Shown here piece by piece: positions 28,074-40,896 of a stretch of DNA of 64,000 bases (the stretch's first letter is position 1; each line of letters begins with the position of its first letter). A program made the translations under genes and the position numbers. The notes beneath the pieces were generated by a model. That model saw nothing but the letters and a program-made list of their open reading frames with translations. It did no database searches and was not told the DNA's origin. The stretch lies in NCBI GenBank assembly GCA_019358935.1, contig JAHHIK010000001.1, positions 132,608 to 196,607 of the forward strand, read 5' to 3'. This stretch comes from Tolypothrix carrinoi HA7290-LM1 (GTDB taxonomy: Bacteria; Cyanobacteriota; Cyanobacteriia; Cyanobacteriales; Nostocaceae).

Positions 28074-28622
28074 ATGATGAAAAAAATTCTCATGGTTTTG
28101 GCAGGCAGCGTCGTTTGTGTCATGGCGACGACGTTTCTAGTTCAAAACTTAACTCAAAGCAACCAAAATCAAAATACTTTTCTGAGGTCAGACAACACTA
28201 GTATTAACTCAGACAGTACAAGTGTTAACTCAGCTAACAATAATGACGATGATGATATGCAAGATGGAACTTTTATGAACCAACAAAACGATCAATCATC
28301 TCAGTATCAACGAAGCACTCTCAATGTGGATGCAGCCAGTCTTAGTCAACCTCATATTCTCAGCATTAATAGCTCTGCAACTCAATTGAGAGGTGAGATT
28401 CTTGTTGATGGTAAAGTGGTGAAAAAACTGAACAAGAACAGTTCTGAGGTTAATCTCTCACCTTATCTATCAATGGGACAACACAATGTTGAAATTACTG
28501 CGCGTTATTCTCCGCCAACCTCTGGGGTGAATGTTCAAATAAACGGTCCCGGCACAAATGTCGCTCAACAAAATAGCGGTGATGGTGCTTTAAATTACAA
28601 AATTGATGTTAACGTGCAATAG
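28074..28622 (+). CDS. Exported or membrane-anchored hypothetical protein with C-terminal beta-sandwich-like domain
   Basis: N-terminal hydrophobic helix, N/D/Q-rich linker, alternating beta pattern. Confidence 0.75.
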   Translation: MMKKILMVLAGSVVCVMATTFLVQNLTQSNQNQNTFLRSDNTSINSDSTSVNSANNNDDDDMQDGTFMNQQNDQSSQYQRSTLNVDAASLSQPHILSINSSATQLRGEILVDGKVVKKLNKNSSEVNLSPYLSMGQHNVEITARYSPPTSGVNVQINGPGTNVAQQNSGDGALNYKIDVNVQ

Positions 28623-28835
28623 CGCGAATCAAGTTTTGTTTAAACAACTGAGATGAGAAAATTTATCGCCAAGCCAAATCCAAGTGAAGCAAGTGGCGTT
28701 CAAAAGTCCAGAGTCCAGAATAAATCTTGACTTTTGACTTTTTTCGTAATAAGAAAGAGGTAATCGCAAAACAGCCCTTGCAAATTCCAAGACAAGCCCT
28801 AATTGCAGACGTTGAGCTTTGTATCCAGTTAGCGG

Positions 28836-29450
28836 TTAATTCATCAGTGCAGCAAGCAAAGTTCCGATCGCGACTTCCAATTCTTCAGTCACTCGATAAA
28901 GATTAATTGCTTGTTCAATACTTTGTTTTTGTCTATTTAATATACCAAATTGCCAAACATTACCTGTAGTTACTGCTCCCAATATTTCAGCTTGAGTAGA
29001 ATCAGTCCATTTATCGAGAGCTATCATCTCAGTCGCTAATTGTATAAATCCCCTATTTATATCTGCTTGCTTGGCTTCAATCACAATTAAATTTGTTGTT
29101 GTTCGCAGATAATAATTCAAGTTACCTTGAAGTTTATTATCAACTTTAATATTGTATTCTATTCGTAATTTAGCGTGATAATAATGGATTAAATCAGTAA
29201 CAATGGGCGCAATTAAAATTTCACGACGAGTAGCTTCGTTCTCTAAATCTACAAAAGGTAATACTTCTTCAATCCGTTGTTTTAGATCGGCAAGTCTGTC
29301 TAATGAACCAGAATATTGCGGTAAATCAATAAATTTACGCTCGAATGAATAACCAAATTCAGCTACTAAATCATCAACTGCAAACCCTAATTCAAAGTAA
29401 TTGCTAAAAGTATATGAGCGATTTGGGTCTAACAATGGTGGACGGCTCAT
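28836..29450 (-). CDS. Cyanobacterial PD-(D/E)XK-like hypothetical protein
   Basis: EATRREILIAP, VIEAK and GAVTTGNVWQFG blocks; ATG at 29450. Confidence 0.75.
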   Translation of the reverse strand: MSRPPLLDPNRSYTFSNYFELGFAVDDLVAEFGYSFERKFIDLPQYSGSLDRLADLKQRIEEVLPFVDLENEATRREILIAPIVTDLIHYYHAKLRIEYNIKVDNKLQGNLNYYLRTTTNLIVIEAKQADINRGFIQLATEMIALDKWTDSTQAEILGAVTTGNVWQFGILNRQKQSIEQAINLYRVTEELEVAIGTLLAALMN

Positions 29451-29565
29451 TGAATTCCTCCAATCAAGCAAATTAGGCAGTAATTGATTCAGGATGAGGA
29501 CTTAAGTCCTCACTACGAGCTTATCAACGTTATATGACCGGACATTGCATAAATCAAGCCTACGA

Positions 29566-30015
29566 TTAACTAGTTCTAGTTGCTTGTAATTGATTTTCTA
29601 GATTTGCCCGCAACCGCAAGTCTGTGACTGACCAAATCCAAAACTTGTTAGAAGCATCGGCAAAATCATCATGTTTATGGGTAACGATCGCATCTAATTC
29701 TTGATAACTAGCACAAACTAATTCTACAGCAGATTCAAAATCTCTAAGTGGTGAGGAGCGTGCTTGTTGTAAAATTGTCTGATCGACACAGCAAATCTGA
29801 ATTTTCTCTTGTAACCAATCAACTACTATTTCTGCTATTTTAGTACTTTGAAAACGACTTGCATAATCGTAAATTTTCTGCCAACCAACATCTGTTACAT
29901 ACATTTGTATTGACGGGTGTACTCTATCCAATAGTTCCCTGACATTTCCGACAAATTCGGTGCGATTAATCAAAGCTTCTAAAATTAAATCAGCATCAAC
30001 TAAAATCCTGATCAC
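29566..30015 (-). CDS. PIN-domain protein
   Basis: ILVDADLIL, DFESAV and DAIVT motifs. Confidence 0.8.
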   Translation of the reverse strand: MIRILVDADLILEALINRTEFVGNVRELLDRVHPSIQMYVTDVGWQKIYDYASRFQSTKIAEIVVDWLQEKIQICCVDQTILQQARSSPLRDFESAVELVCASYQELDAIVTHKHDDFADASNKFWIWSVTDLRLRANLENQLQATRTS

Positions 30016-30579
30016 TTTAACCCCCCAGAAGAGCTGAAATTTGTGTGTGTGAAGACGCAGATACCATTTTTTTGGTATTATTTACACTTATTTTTGCTAA
30101 TTTACAAATGACTGCGAAATACTGACGTAAGCCAAGCAAAAAGAAGCAATAATTAAACCGCATTAACTGAAAAGGCAATATCTAATTTTTATATGTACAT
30201 ACTTATATAAGAATATTTATGATTTGATTTGACTTAATTTTATTGGTAAAAAAGAGATGCTTGGTAAATAAAAATAAGTTTTCTTAGCGATTATGGCAAA
30301 AATTACAGCTTTAGTACGGTAAATGGAAATGACGACTGATAATTTTTGTAGTTCCTAGCTAATAGATGTATATCCAAAGACATAGATGGTAAATAAATTT
30401 GTGATTTTCTCATTTTAATTTTCTTAGATTCACATAGATAAACAAAGTGAAAATAGGCATAATTTTTCCGAAAAAATAAGAATTAGCATAATACTAAGAT
30501 GAATTGTTAATGTAATCACTTTTGACACACTATCACAAGAGTTGTAAATATTAGTTTGGCTTTTAATAGGGAAATAAGT

Positions 30580-31842
30580 TTATTTCTTGGACTTAAGTAG
30601 CAGATAATATAGTTGTCCATTACTGACTGTTACGCCAGCGCGATCGCCTGCCACTTTTCCAGTACCTAAAAAATAATCCACCCTTCCCGCACCTTTAATC
30701 GCACCGCCGGTATCTTGATCGAGAACGTAACGACTGACAACTCGATGCTCGATTTCACCGCTTGCCTTGACAAAGGGAAAAGGAGCGCGAATTAACGCTA
30801 AAGCACCAGGAGGCATGATAGATTTGTCTGTAGCAATTGAACGCTCTGGAGAAAGTGCCACTTGGATAGAACCTTGTGCTGCTGCACCGTAGTTTTCTTG
30901 AAAAAAAACAAAGCTGGGATCGCGGGGAATATAGACATTTAACGCTTGTGGATGCTTGTGAAAATAATCGAGGATAATTGGCATTGTCATCCCCTCTAGG
31001 GGTAATATTCCATCATTCGCGAGTTCTCGTCCGATGCTTTTGTAGTTGTAAGCTGTATTACCGGCATAGCCTACGGTGGTTTGTGTGCCATCGGTAAGCT
31101 GAAGTTTGGCAGAACCTTGGATTTGAATCATATACGGTTCTAAGCGATCGCGAAACCAAAACAACTCTAAACCCCGCAACTTACCATTTGATGCTTGCAA
31201 ACCATCAACTCCTTCAAGTTCCGCTCGTGTAGGATGAGGTTTAGACCAAGATTCGATATCAGCAGGCAATTTATAAATCGGATAGCGATACTCAGCGGTA
31301 GGAATGCGACTTGCAGCATAAAGTGGCTCATAGTAAGCTGTAAACAAAACGGAACCTTTGTTGTCTTTACCGATTGACTGATAAAGAACAAATTCGCGCT
31401 CAATAGCTGCATGAAGTTCTGTAGCGGATTTAGATAGAAGCAGCAGTTTCTTGAATCTTTGCAGACTTTTGCTGACGCGATCGCGTGTAATTCCCGGCAC
31501 TTGATAGTTTTTGTAAGCAGCATCAGCATTACTAGTTTGCAAATATCCCAAACTGCGATCGATAGCTTGTATTAGTATCTTTTTATCTGGTAATTGAGTG
31601 TTTTCACCTGTAAATAAAACTTGATCCAAACAAGAGGTATCACCTTGACAACAAGCAACCGGCGACCTTTCAACAAGTACTGTGGATGCTTGATTTTTGC
31701 TTTTCAATGACACTGGTAGATCCCACTTTTTAACTTGACATTCCGGTGGACTGAGTTCCCCCTGCCCAAAACTTTGCATCCGTACTAAAAGTATTAACAG
31801 AACCACGGGTATGCTGATGATGAATGGCAGAGTCTTTTTCAT
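30580..31842 (-). CDS. mltA: Membrane-bound lytic murein transglycosylase A
   Basis: TAYYEP, IQGS, RSIATD and DTGGAIKGAGRVD motifs. Confidence 0.92.
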   Translation of the reverse strand: MKKTLPFIISIPVVLLILLVRMQSFGQGELSPPECQVKKWDLPVSLKSKNQASTVLVERSPVACCQGDTSCLDQVLFTGENTQLPDKKILIQAIDRSLGYLQTSNADAAYKNYQVPGITRDRVSKSLQRFKKLLLLSKSATELHAAIEREFVLYQSIGKDNKGSVLFTAYYEPLYAASRIPTAEYRYPIYKLPADIESWSKPHPTRAELEGVDGLQASNGKLRGLELFWFRDRLEPYMIQIQGSAKLQLTDGTQTTVGYAGNTAYNYKSIGRELANDGILPLEGMTMPIILDYFHKHPQALNVYIPRDPSFVFFQENYGAAAQGSIQVALSPERSIATDKSIMPPGALALIRAPFPFVKASGEIEHRVVSRYVLDQDTGGAIKGAGRVDYFLGTGKVAGDRAGVTVSNGQLYYLLLKSKK

Positions 31843-32023
31843 CTAGAAATGGATATGTCAAATAAGAAGGAAATTTTTAATTCCCTAGTCGCGTTACTTA
31901 GAAAACTACTGTTTTTCATTTGACCCCATAACTCACTTTTTAGATGAAAAAGCGTTGATTTTCGGTTTCTGCCAAAAATCACTTTTATGTAACCAAGCTG
32001 AAAAATCTCTCTAAGTGAGGGTA

Positions 32024-32052
32024 GCGATGTCTACGACGGGCTACGCCTACGC
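32024..32052 (+). repeat. 21-nt small dispersed repeat inserted inside a HIP1 site
   Basis: GCGAT-[GTCTACGACGGGCTACGCCTA]-CGC; identical inverted copy at 40643-40671. Confidence 0.85.
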
Positions 32053-32216
32053 GCTTTTTTCAGCTTTGGTGTATTTATATGATGAGGTTGGGAGATTTAT
32101 GCAAGTTCCGGAAAAATTCGTTACATTTTTTAACTTGGACTATGCGAATAACTTGAATCGAGCGATTGGAGCGGGTATGCTTTGTGGATAGAGGAACAAG
32201 AACAGAAGGAGGAAAA

Positions 32217-32429
32217 ATAACAACGAGTTGAAACAAACGACACTTGACGCTTTGCTAAAAGCTTACGCTCAATTACAGCGAATTATTGACGAGTTATATG
32301 ATGCCTCGGATGCAGCCTTGGAAAACAATGACCTTGAGGACGCAAGGAAAGCTAGGTACTAGAGCAGATAAACTTTATGAAGAGGCTGAAAACTTAGAAT
32401 TTGTAATTTCAGAACTAGAGGAAAGATGA
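32217..32429 (+). pseudogene. Degraded small helical protein gene (start codon lost, frameshift)
   Basis: GGAGG RBS then AT-AAC without an ATG; the frame stops at 32360-32362 and resumes in another frame to a TGA overlapping the next ATG. Confidence 0.55.
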
Positions 32430-32647
32430 AAACAGTAGAAGATTTAAGGAATCGTGCTAAAGAACTCAGTAAGCAAGCCGTTGAACTCAGACGTAAAGGT
32501 TCTGAAGTATATGAAGAAAACAAAGAGCAAGCCAAACACTTTAGACAACAAGCACTCTTTAGCTATGAAGCGTTGTCAAGTACTGATACAAGAGTTGAAA
32601 CGTTCGCAAATTCAAAGCTAAAAACTGGCAATCCGGATTATAAGTGA
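32426..32647 (+). pseudogene. Small coiled-coil protein gene with probable frameshift near 32555
   Basis: Helical pattern breaks after RQQA; an alternative frame gives LAMKRCQVLIQELKR. Confidence 0.5.
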
Positions 32648-32697
32648 TTAAACGGACATGATATAAGTTATTTTTGCGCGATCGCGCAAGTTGTGAA

Positions 32698-32738
32698 AAC
32701 CCCTGCACCTGTCCTTTGTTCGGATAGATGCAGGGGTT
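32698..32738. terminator. Hairpin between convergent genes (likely bidirectional terminator)
   Basis: AACCCCTGCA...TGCAGGGGTT. Confidence 0.65.
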
Positions 32739-32790
32739 GCGTGTTTATAGCCGTTAAACTAAAGTAGCTTCAAAAGCATTTAGTGAGCTA

Positions 32791-33156
32791 CTAACAAGAT
32801 GTTGTCGTTGTGGAACTGTAAGTGCGGTTAACCGAAGTGCCAGATCTGTTGGTTTGAGTGCTTTGCTGGGTTATTTTTCTGCCATTACAAATATTTGGCG
32901 TCGATCGAGAATTTTTCCAAACGCTGTAACGCTGGTTACGATTTGGTAGAACACGTATCCTTGAGGTGGGTACGCGACGGCTAGGAACGATAATTGTTTG
33001 TTTGGGAGTCGAGTTAATTATTGTAGTGCCGTCTTCACTAACTCTGACTCTCATGTTGCCGGTCTGAACGTCAATGTCCTCTGCTGTGGCAATACCTGCT
33101 GGTAATACCATCAAAGCAGAGACTGCTAATAATGAAAGTGTTTGTTTGATAATCAT
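32791..33156 (-). CDS. Secreted hypothetical protein, paralog of 26979-27491
   Basis: Shared LPxGIA, DIxVQT, WKNxRSTP, CNGRxITQ and VNRxYSSTTTTxC blocks. Confidence 0.82.
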   Translation of the reverse strand: MIIKQTLSLLAVSALMVLPAGIATAEDIDVQTGNMRVRVSEDGTTIINSTPKQTIIVPSRRVPTSRIRVLPNRNQRYSVWKNSRSTPNICNGRKITQQSTQTNRSGTSVNRTYSSTTTTSC

Positions 33157-33275
33157 GGCTTTATGACTCTATTAGTAGAAAAGACTGATTTTTTTCTGCT
33201 TTGTTCGCAAGCAAATCAGCAAAACTTTAGGTATGGTAGTAAAAAATACTCACTCCGCGATTTTTTACCCGAAGT

Positions 33276-34610
33276 CTATTCATTCATATTGCGGTAGGTT
33301 GCTACTGCTGAAGGCGATATCCGGTTTAAGTATCGGAAGATCCAGTATTTAAAGATGGTATCTAAAATTACTGGAAATGTGGCAATAAATAAGAAAATGA
33401 AATCGTGATTTCCTGGTAGTCCCCAATGACGCGATACACCCTCTAGAATCACTTCCCATCCATGAGGTGAGTGAAATCCGACAAAAATATCCGTAAACAA
33501 AATGATAATAAATGCTTTGGCACTATCACTCAGACCATATACTATATTATCGAAGAAATCTTTGATTACGGCAATGGAGGGTTTACTCACCAGCATTAGC
33601 CAGATAACAGCAACAACCGAGCAAAGGTCAGCAAAAACATTTTTAATCGCATTCGAGCTTTCGGCACGAAATTCTTCGGCAATCTCCGTAGCTTTTTCTT
33701 TTACGTGGTTTTCCATCTCCTCAGGAGATAAAGGGGTTAATCTGCCGATGAGAATGTCGAACTTTGTTCTCTCTTCAAATTTTTCTAGTGCTTCGAGTGC
33801 TTCTTCTTCCATTTCATAGTTGATGAAGATTCCGGTTTGCTCGGAACTTCTAAAACTATCAACTATAGGTCCGACAACTAATGTTTTTGATAGCTGATGA
33901 GTCAGAATTGGCACTATAATTAATAGTAAAAAAAATCTGATAGATATAATTGTTCTTCTTTGAGCTTGACGAAAGTTTTTAACAACATCTTCTTCTGAGC
34001 GAGGATCTAACTCAACTTGTAAACGAGTGACAGTACTTAAAATCGAACGAGGCAATATTCCGGTTGAATTTGCCTTACCTCGTGGTTTTTTATCCCAGCC
34101 TTTGCTTGATAACTTTGCTGATAATGGTGCGGGTGCAATGTCTGGTGCGATCGCTGAATCTAGTGGAATAATTTCCGGCTTGGGTTGGGTAACTAAATCT
34201 GAAGAAGTTGTTTCGTAATCAAAATTGGTGTATTTTGCGATAACTTGATCGATAAATCTCAGCTTTTCTAAAATTGTCGCCGGATTAGCATATTCTATCC
34301 CTGCTTTAATCGCAGCTTTTTGATTGGATTCACTGAGAAAAAAACGGCTACCTTTAAACTCTGTCAACCGCATCCGAGCAATTCTTAATTGCTTTTTCAA
34401 ATCTGACTCAAAATAATCCATCATGCTACTGGTGTACTTAGATGAATTAACGTCTATTTTCTTACCATCAAAATATTCGTCTTCTATAGCCTTAATCTGT
34501 AACGCCGCTTTGTAAGCTTGATCTAGAGAACGTTCTGCTGTCAGTAAGTACCATCGGTAAGCAGCGAGCAGAAAATTGTATACTTTTTGGCTTAAAACAG
34601 AAATTTTCAT
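33276..34610 (-). CDS. pxcA: Proton extrusion protein PcxA/PxcA (CemA family)
   Basis: LSDSAKAF, FVGFHSPHGWE and FKYWIFRYLNRISPS motifs. Confidence 0.93.
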   Translation of the reverse strand: MKISVLSQKVYNFLLAAYRWYLLTAERSLDQAYKAALQIKAIEDEYFDGKKIDVNSSKYTSSMMDYFESDLKKQLRIARMRLTEFKGSRFFLSESNQKAAIKAGIEYANPATILEKLRFIDQVIAKYTNFDYETTSSDLVTQPKPEIIPLDSAIAPDIAPAPLSAKLSSKGWDKKPRGKANSTGILPRSILSTVTRLQVELDPRSEEDVVKNFRQAQRRTIISIRFFLLLIIVPILTHQLSKTLVVGPIVDSFRSSEQTGIFINYEMEEEALEALEKFEERTKFDILIGRLTPLSPEEMENHVKEKATEIAEEFRAESSNAIKNVFADLCSVVAVIWLMLVSKPSIAVIKDFFDNIVYGLSDSAKAFIIILFTDIFVGFHSPHGWEVILEGVSRHWGLPGNHDFIFLFIATFPVILDTIFKYWIFRYLNRISPSAVATYRNMNE

Positions 34611-34698
34611 CGTCGGCAATCATCCAGCACTTTTTGGTGATTATTAACCTTAAGTTAACGCATAAGGTATAATGAGAGATTAACTTCGGAGATGGTTT

Positions 34699-37107
<2,409 letters not shown>

Positions 37108-37221
37108 AAGGGTGCGGCTATACGGACAAAGCCCACCTTTGTGGGCTAAAATTCTTCTAGCCCACGAAGGTGGGCTTTGTTAGTGTAGCCTCAGGCTTCT
37201 AGCCTGAAGGCTATCTTTCGT

Positions 37222-40200
37222 CTACCGTTGAGCGCAAGTAGGAGAAGCAAACCCAGAAGCATTAGATGCCGAGGAAATCAGCGTTACTTCCCCCGTCTGA
37301 TTATTAAATACCCAACCTGTAGCCGGGACAATTTCCACAGCTTTTGGTTTTGAGGATGATAAGGCGATCGCTGTTTTTGAAGGTTGCTGCGTTACAGTTG
37401 CGGTGAGGCGAGTATCTGACCATACTACATCACTACTGAGGAAATCGTCAGGGCTTAGGGGCAAACCACCGCGTCCGGTGACAGTAAATTCGCTTCCGTT
37501 TTTTCCGGCGATCGCACCACAACTAGTGTCAACAAGTCGGGAAACATCGGTTAGACCTGTGGGTAGTTCCACCAATCCTTGGGTGGGGTCGATGTCGGGT
37601 GTATTGATAATCACCTCACCGCTGAGTCCAAATTGAGAACTAGCAGTAATATCGCTTTGTGGTGTGGGTTGCGATCGCGCTTCAATGCCAAATAAGCCTT
37701 GTGAAGTGATATTAACCCTGCCACCCTTTCCGGTGAAAGCATTTGCCGTAATGTCGCTATCTTCGTTATCGATAGCAACGATAAAGGGTGTATTGATAGT
37801 GATATTACCGCCATCGCCACCTGATTGAGTCAACCCCGCAGTTGTGGAAATACTGCTGTTACGACGTAACAGTAAAAAATCTGCGGCTGTTAAGTTAATA
37901 TTTCCACCATTGCCAGAATTAGTTGATGCGGCAATAATACCTCGGTTATCTAGTCGGACAGAACGAGTATTAATATTGATATCTCCAGCGTTTCCCTGTC
38001 CGGAACTGCTAGAAGTTAATGCTGCACGGTTGGTAATAGACAGATTTCGGGCAGTAATATTAATGTTGCCACCCTCACCTCTGCCTACAAATCCTTCTTC
38101 TGCTGTGACTTGAGTAGATATTCCGCTACTAAAACCACCAGAACCTACTCCATCAAGGGAAACTGTACCACCAGCATTAACTGAGACATTTCCTGCATTC
38201 CCTTGTGCAAAAGTATCAGCACTGATCTGACCGCCACTTTTGATAATAATATCGCCAGATGTATTAATTTGAAAATTCCCAGCATCGCCTTTGCCCAAGG
38301 TAGCAGTAAATAATCGAGCATTGTCAGATAAGGAGAAGCTACGTCCTTGAATCTCAATATTTCCACCACTACCTATTCCTCCTAATCCTACAGTACTAAT
38401 TAGATTCCCTTTCTCGGAAATCGAGATATTCCCCCCTGCGCGAATCACTATCTTACCAGCATTACCTTGTCCAGAGGTAAAAGCTGCCACTGAAGCATTT
38501 TTGACGGTAAAGTCATCTATCGTATTAATCGAGATATTTCCAGCATTACCTCTGCCAGAAGTGAATGTAAATAAATCAGCACCGTCAGACAAAGAGAAAC
38601 TACGCGCTTGGATCTCAATATCACCACCATTACCCACCCCTGAATCTAATATACCGCTAGTAACTGCACTACTTGTGCGATCGCCACGTCCAGAAATCAA
38701 AACAGCGCCACCAGAGCGAATTGTTACCTTACCAGCATTACCTTCCCCAGAACTAGCAGCACTTACAAAAGCACCTCTAGTGATAGAAAAATCATTCGCT
38801 GTATTGATTAAAATATTGCCAGCTAAACCCTTCCCCCCAAGGTTGGTAGCAGTAACTTGAGACTCATCGGTTAAAGAAAACAAACCAGTTTGAATATTGA
38901 TATTTCCACCATTACCCACCGCTCCAGCATTTACAGTGCTAAAAATTGAAGCATTATTTAGGGAAACAGCATCTCTAGCTTGCACAAAGATGTTACCTGC
39001 CTTACCGTCTCCAGCAGTACTTGCATTTATAAAAGTCCCCTCGCCTAAAGACAGCGAACCTGATTTGATATTAATGTTACCGCCATTGCCCTGTGCGCCA
39101 TTCTCTAGGTCGCTAAAAATGGCAGTACCTAAGTTATTGTTCGGCACAGCAAGCGTTACTGCACCACTCACATCAATATTAATATTACCGCCATTTCCCC
39201 GACCCCCAGGCAGGTTATTCTGAATATCAGTTCCACGCAACCCAGCTTGCAATTGAGCGCCATCATTTAAAGTGAGTGAAGGTGCGGTGATATTAATGTT
39301 GCCACCATTGCCTACTCCCCCAGATTCTATATTGCTGAAGATAGTAGTATTACTACCAGCAAGAGAAACAAAATCCCTGGCTTGTATCGAGACATTACCA
39401 GCATCTCCTTGTGCGTAGGTACTGGCATTTAATTGAGAGCCATCTGCTAAGGAAACTGAGCCAGCAGTAATATTGATATTACCTCCCCTACCTACAGCTG
39501 GCGATCGCACACTGCTTAAAATGTTACTGCTTCCGGTTTGACCCACACCTGAAAAAGTTAGCGCATCACCAACATTAAGATTAACGTTACCACCATCCCC
39601 CTGTCCAAAGTTATTAGTATTTAAGGCACTACCATTAACCAGGGCAAGCGAGCCTGTATTAATATTGATGTTGCCACCTTTACCCACAGATGTTGGTTGG
39701 GGAACATTGGCAATAAAGCTATCATCAGTTAAAGTTGTTGCCCCTGTAGCATTAATCTCAACATCTCCGGCTTTGCTTGCGGGTGTACCATTACCCGTGT
39801 CTATCCCCGCTCTGACTTTACTTGCTCCCGCTAAACTCAAGTTTTGAGCATTGATGGCAATACTACCAGCATCACTACCACGGACATTCACCTCAGCCTC
39901 ATTAGTTAAAGATACATTTGCTCGTTGCACATCGGGAACACCCAAGCTAAGTATATTCCCTGTGAAATTTAACCCAATATTCCCAGGTGCAGCTAATCCG
40001 GCTAACTCGATGCGTCCGTTATAAGCTCTCAGGCTACCACCATCAATATTGACATCGCCACCGACCAATAGTAAACTCTTACCATCTGGCACTCTCAAGC
40101 CTGTAACTTCAACGCCTGCTAAATTCACGCCTGCGGGTGCAGTTGAGCTACTTGTAATTGCTGCGGGTGAAGGTTGAAGAAACAGCAATGCCGAAGGATT

Positions 40201-40704
40201 GATTGTCAATAATGGTGTGGGTGCATTCGGAGTAGTTGCGCTGAAAATCCCAGCAGTTCCAAATTGAATGGCGTTAGCTGTAGAACCAACAAAAGACCCG
40301 CCGACATTTAAACTGGCATTATTGCCAAAAATAATTCCGTTGGGATTGAGTAAAAATACGTTAGCTGTCCCATTTGCGCGAATTAATCCATCAATGTTGG
40401 AGATTGAATTACCCGTTACCCTGCTGATAATGTTACTAATGTCAAGAGCATTGTTGAAAAAAGCTGTGCCACCAGTGGGAACGGAGAATTCTTTAAAACT
40501 GTGGAATAAGTTGTTTCCGATTTGGCTTCCGCCAGTGATATTTAAGATATTACCCTGTGGTGTGATGATGGAGTTATTCGGTAAAGTGGCATCCGGGCTA
40601 ATTTGCGCTGATGCACTATTTGCCCAAAAATACTCGCAAAGCGCGTAGGCGTAGCCCGTCGTAGACATCGCTATCCCTAACAACCAGCCCCAATGATTGC
40701 TCAT
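37222..40704 (-). CDS. Filamentous-haemagglutinin-family (TpsA-like) beta-helical exoprotein
   Basis: NLFHSF and NPNGIIFG secretion domain; GxGGNINI repeats; GRGGLP and PATGW C-terminal motifs. Confidence 0.9.
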   Translation of the reverse strand: MSNHWGWLLGIAMSTTGYAYALCEYFWANSASAQISPDATLPNNSIITPQGNILNITGGSQIGNNLFHSFKEFSVPTGGTAFFNNALDISNIISRVTGNSISNIDGLIRANGTANVFLLNPNGIIFGNNASLNVGGSFVGSTANAIQFGTAGIFSATTPNAPTPLLTINPSALLFLQPSPAAITSSSTAPAGVNLAGVEVTGLRVPDGKSLLLVGGDVNIDGGSLRAYNGRIELAGLAAPGNIGLNFTGNILSLGVPDVQRANVSLTNEAEVNVRGSDAGSIAINAQNLSLAGASKVRAGIDTGNGTPASKAGDVEINATGATTLTDDSFIANVPQPTSVGKGGNININTGSLALVNGSALNTNNFGQGDGGNVNLNVGDALTFSGVGQTGSSNILSSVRSPAVGRGGNINITAGSVSLADGSQLNASTYAQGDAGNVSIQARDFVSLAGSNTTIFSNIESGGVGNGGNINITAPSLTLNDGAQLQAGLRGTDIQNNLPGGRGNGGNINIDVSGAVTLAVPNNNLGTAIFSDLENGAQGNGGNINIKSGSLSLGEGTFINASTAGDGKAGNIFVQARDAVSLNNASIFSTVNAGAVGNGGNINIQTGLFSLTDESQVTATNLGGKGLAGNILINTANDFSITRGAFVSAASSGEGNAGKVTIRSGGAVLISGRGDRTSSAVTSGILDSGVGNGGDIEIQARSFSLSDGADLFTFTSGRGNAGNISINTIDDFTVKNASVAAFTSGQGNAGKIVIRAGGNISISEKGNLISTVGLGGIGSGGNIEIQGRSFSLSDNARLFTATLGKGDAGNFQINTSGDIIIKSGGQISADTFAQGNAGNVSVNAGGTVSLDGVGSGGFSSGISTQVTAEEGFVGRGEGGNINITARNLSITNRAALTSSSSGQGNAGDININTRSVRLDNRGIIAASTNSGNGGNINLTAADFLLLRRNSSISTTAGLTQSGGDGGNITINTPFIVAIDNEDSDITANAFTGKGGRVNITSQGLFGIEARSQPTPQSDITASSQFGLSGEVIINTPDIDPTQGLVELPTGLTDVSRLVDTSCGAIAGKNGSEFTVTGRGGLPLSPDDFLSSDVVWSDTRLTATVTQQPSKTAIALSSSKPKAVEIVPATGWVFNNQTGEVTLISSASNASGFASPTCAQR
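40643..40671 (-). repeat. Second HIP1-inserted 21-nt repeat, in frame within the FHA signal region
   Basis: GCG-[21 nt]-ATCGC on the + strand; protein reads GIAMSTTGYAYALC instead of GIAIALC. Confidence 0.85.
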
Positions 40705-40896
40705 TACGTATATATACCCGCTATTCTTTTTTAGTACTTAACAAAAATTACCTGCATAATCATAAATAAACCATATAATGCTAAGTAATTCTAGTAGTTT
40801 CCAAAAATACCCGACGACTCAAGTCGCGGACTAGGAAACTGTCAAGCTAAAAATGAGGCGTTTTTGATAAGCTGTGATTAGTGTTATACTACGCTG

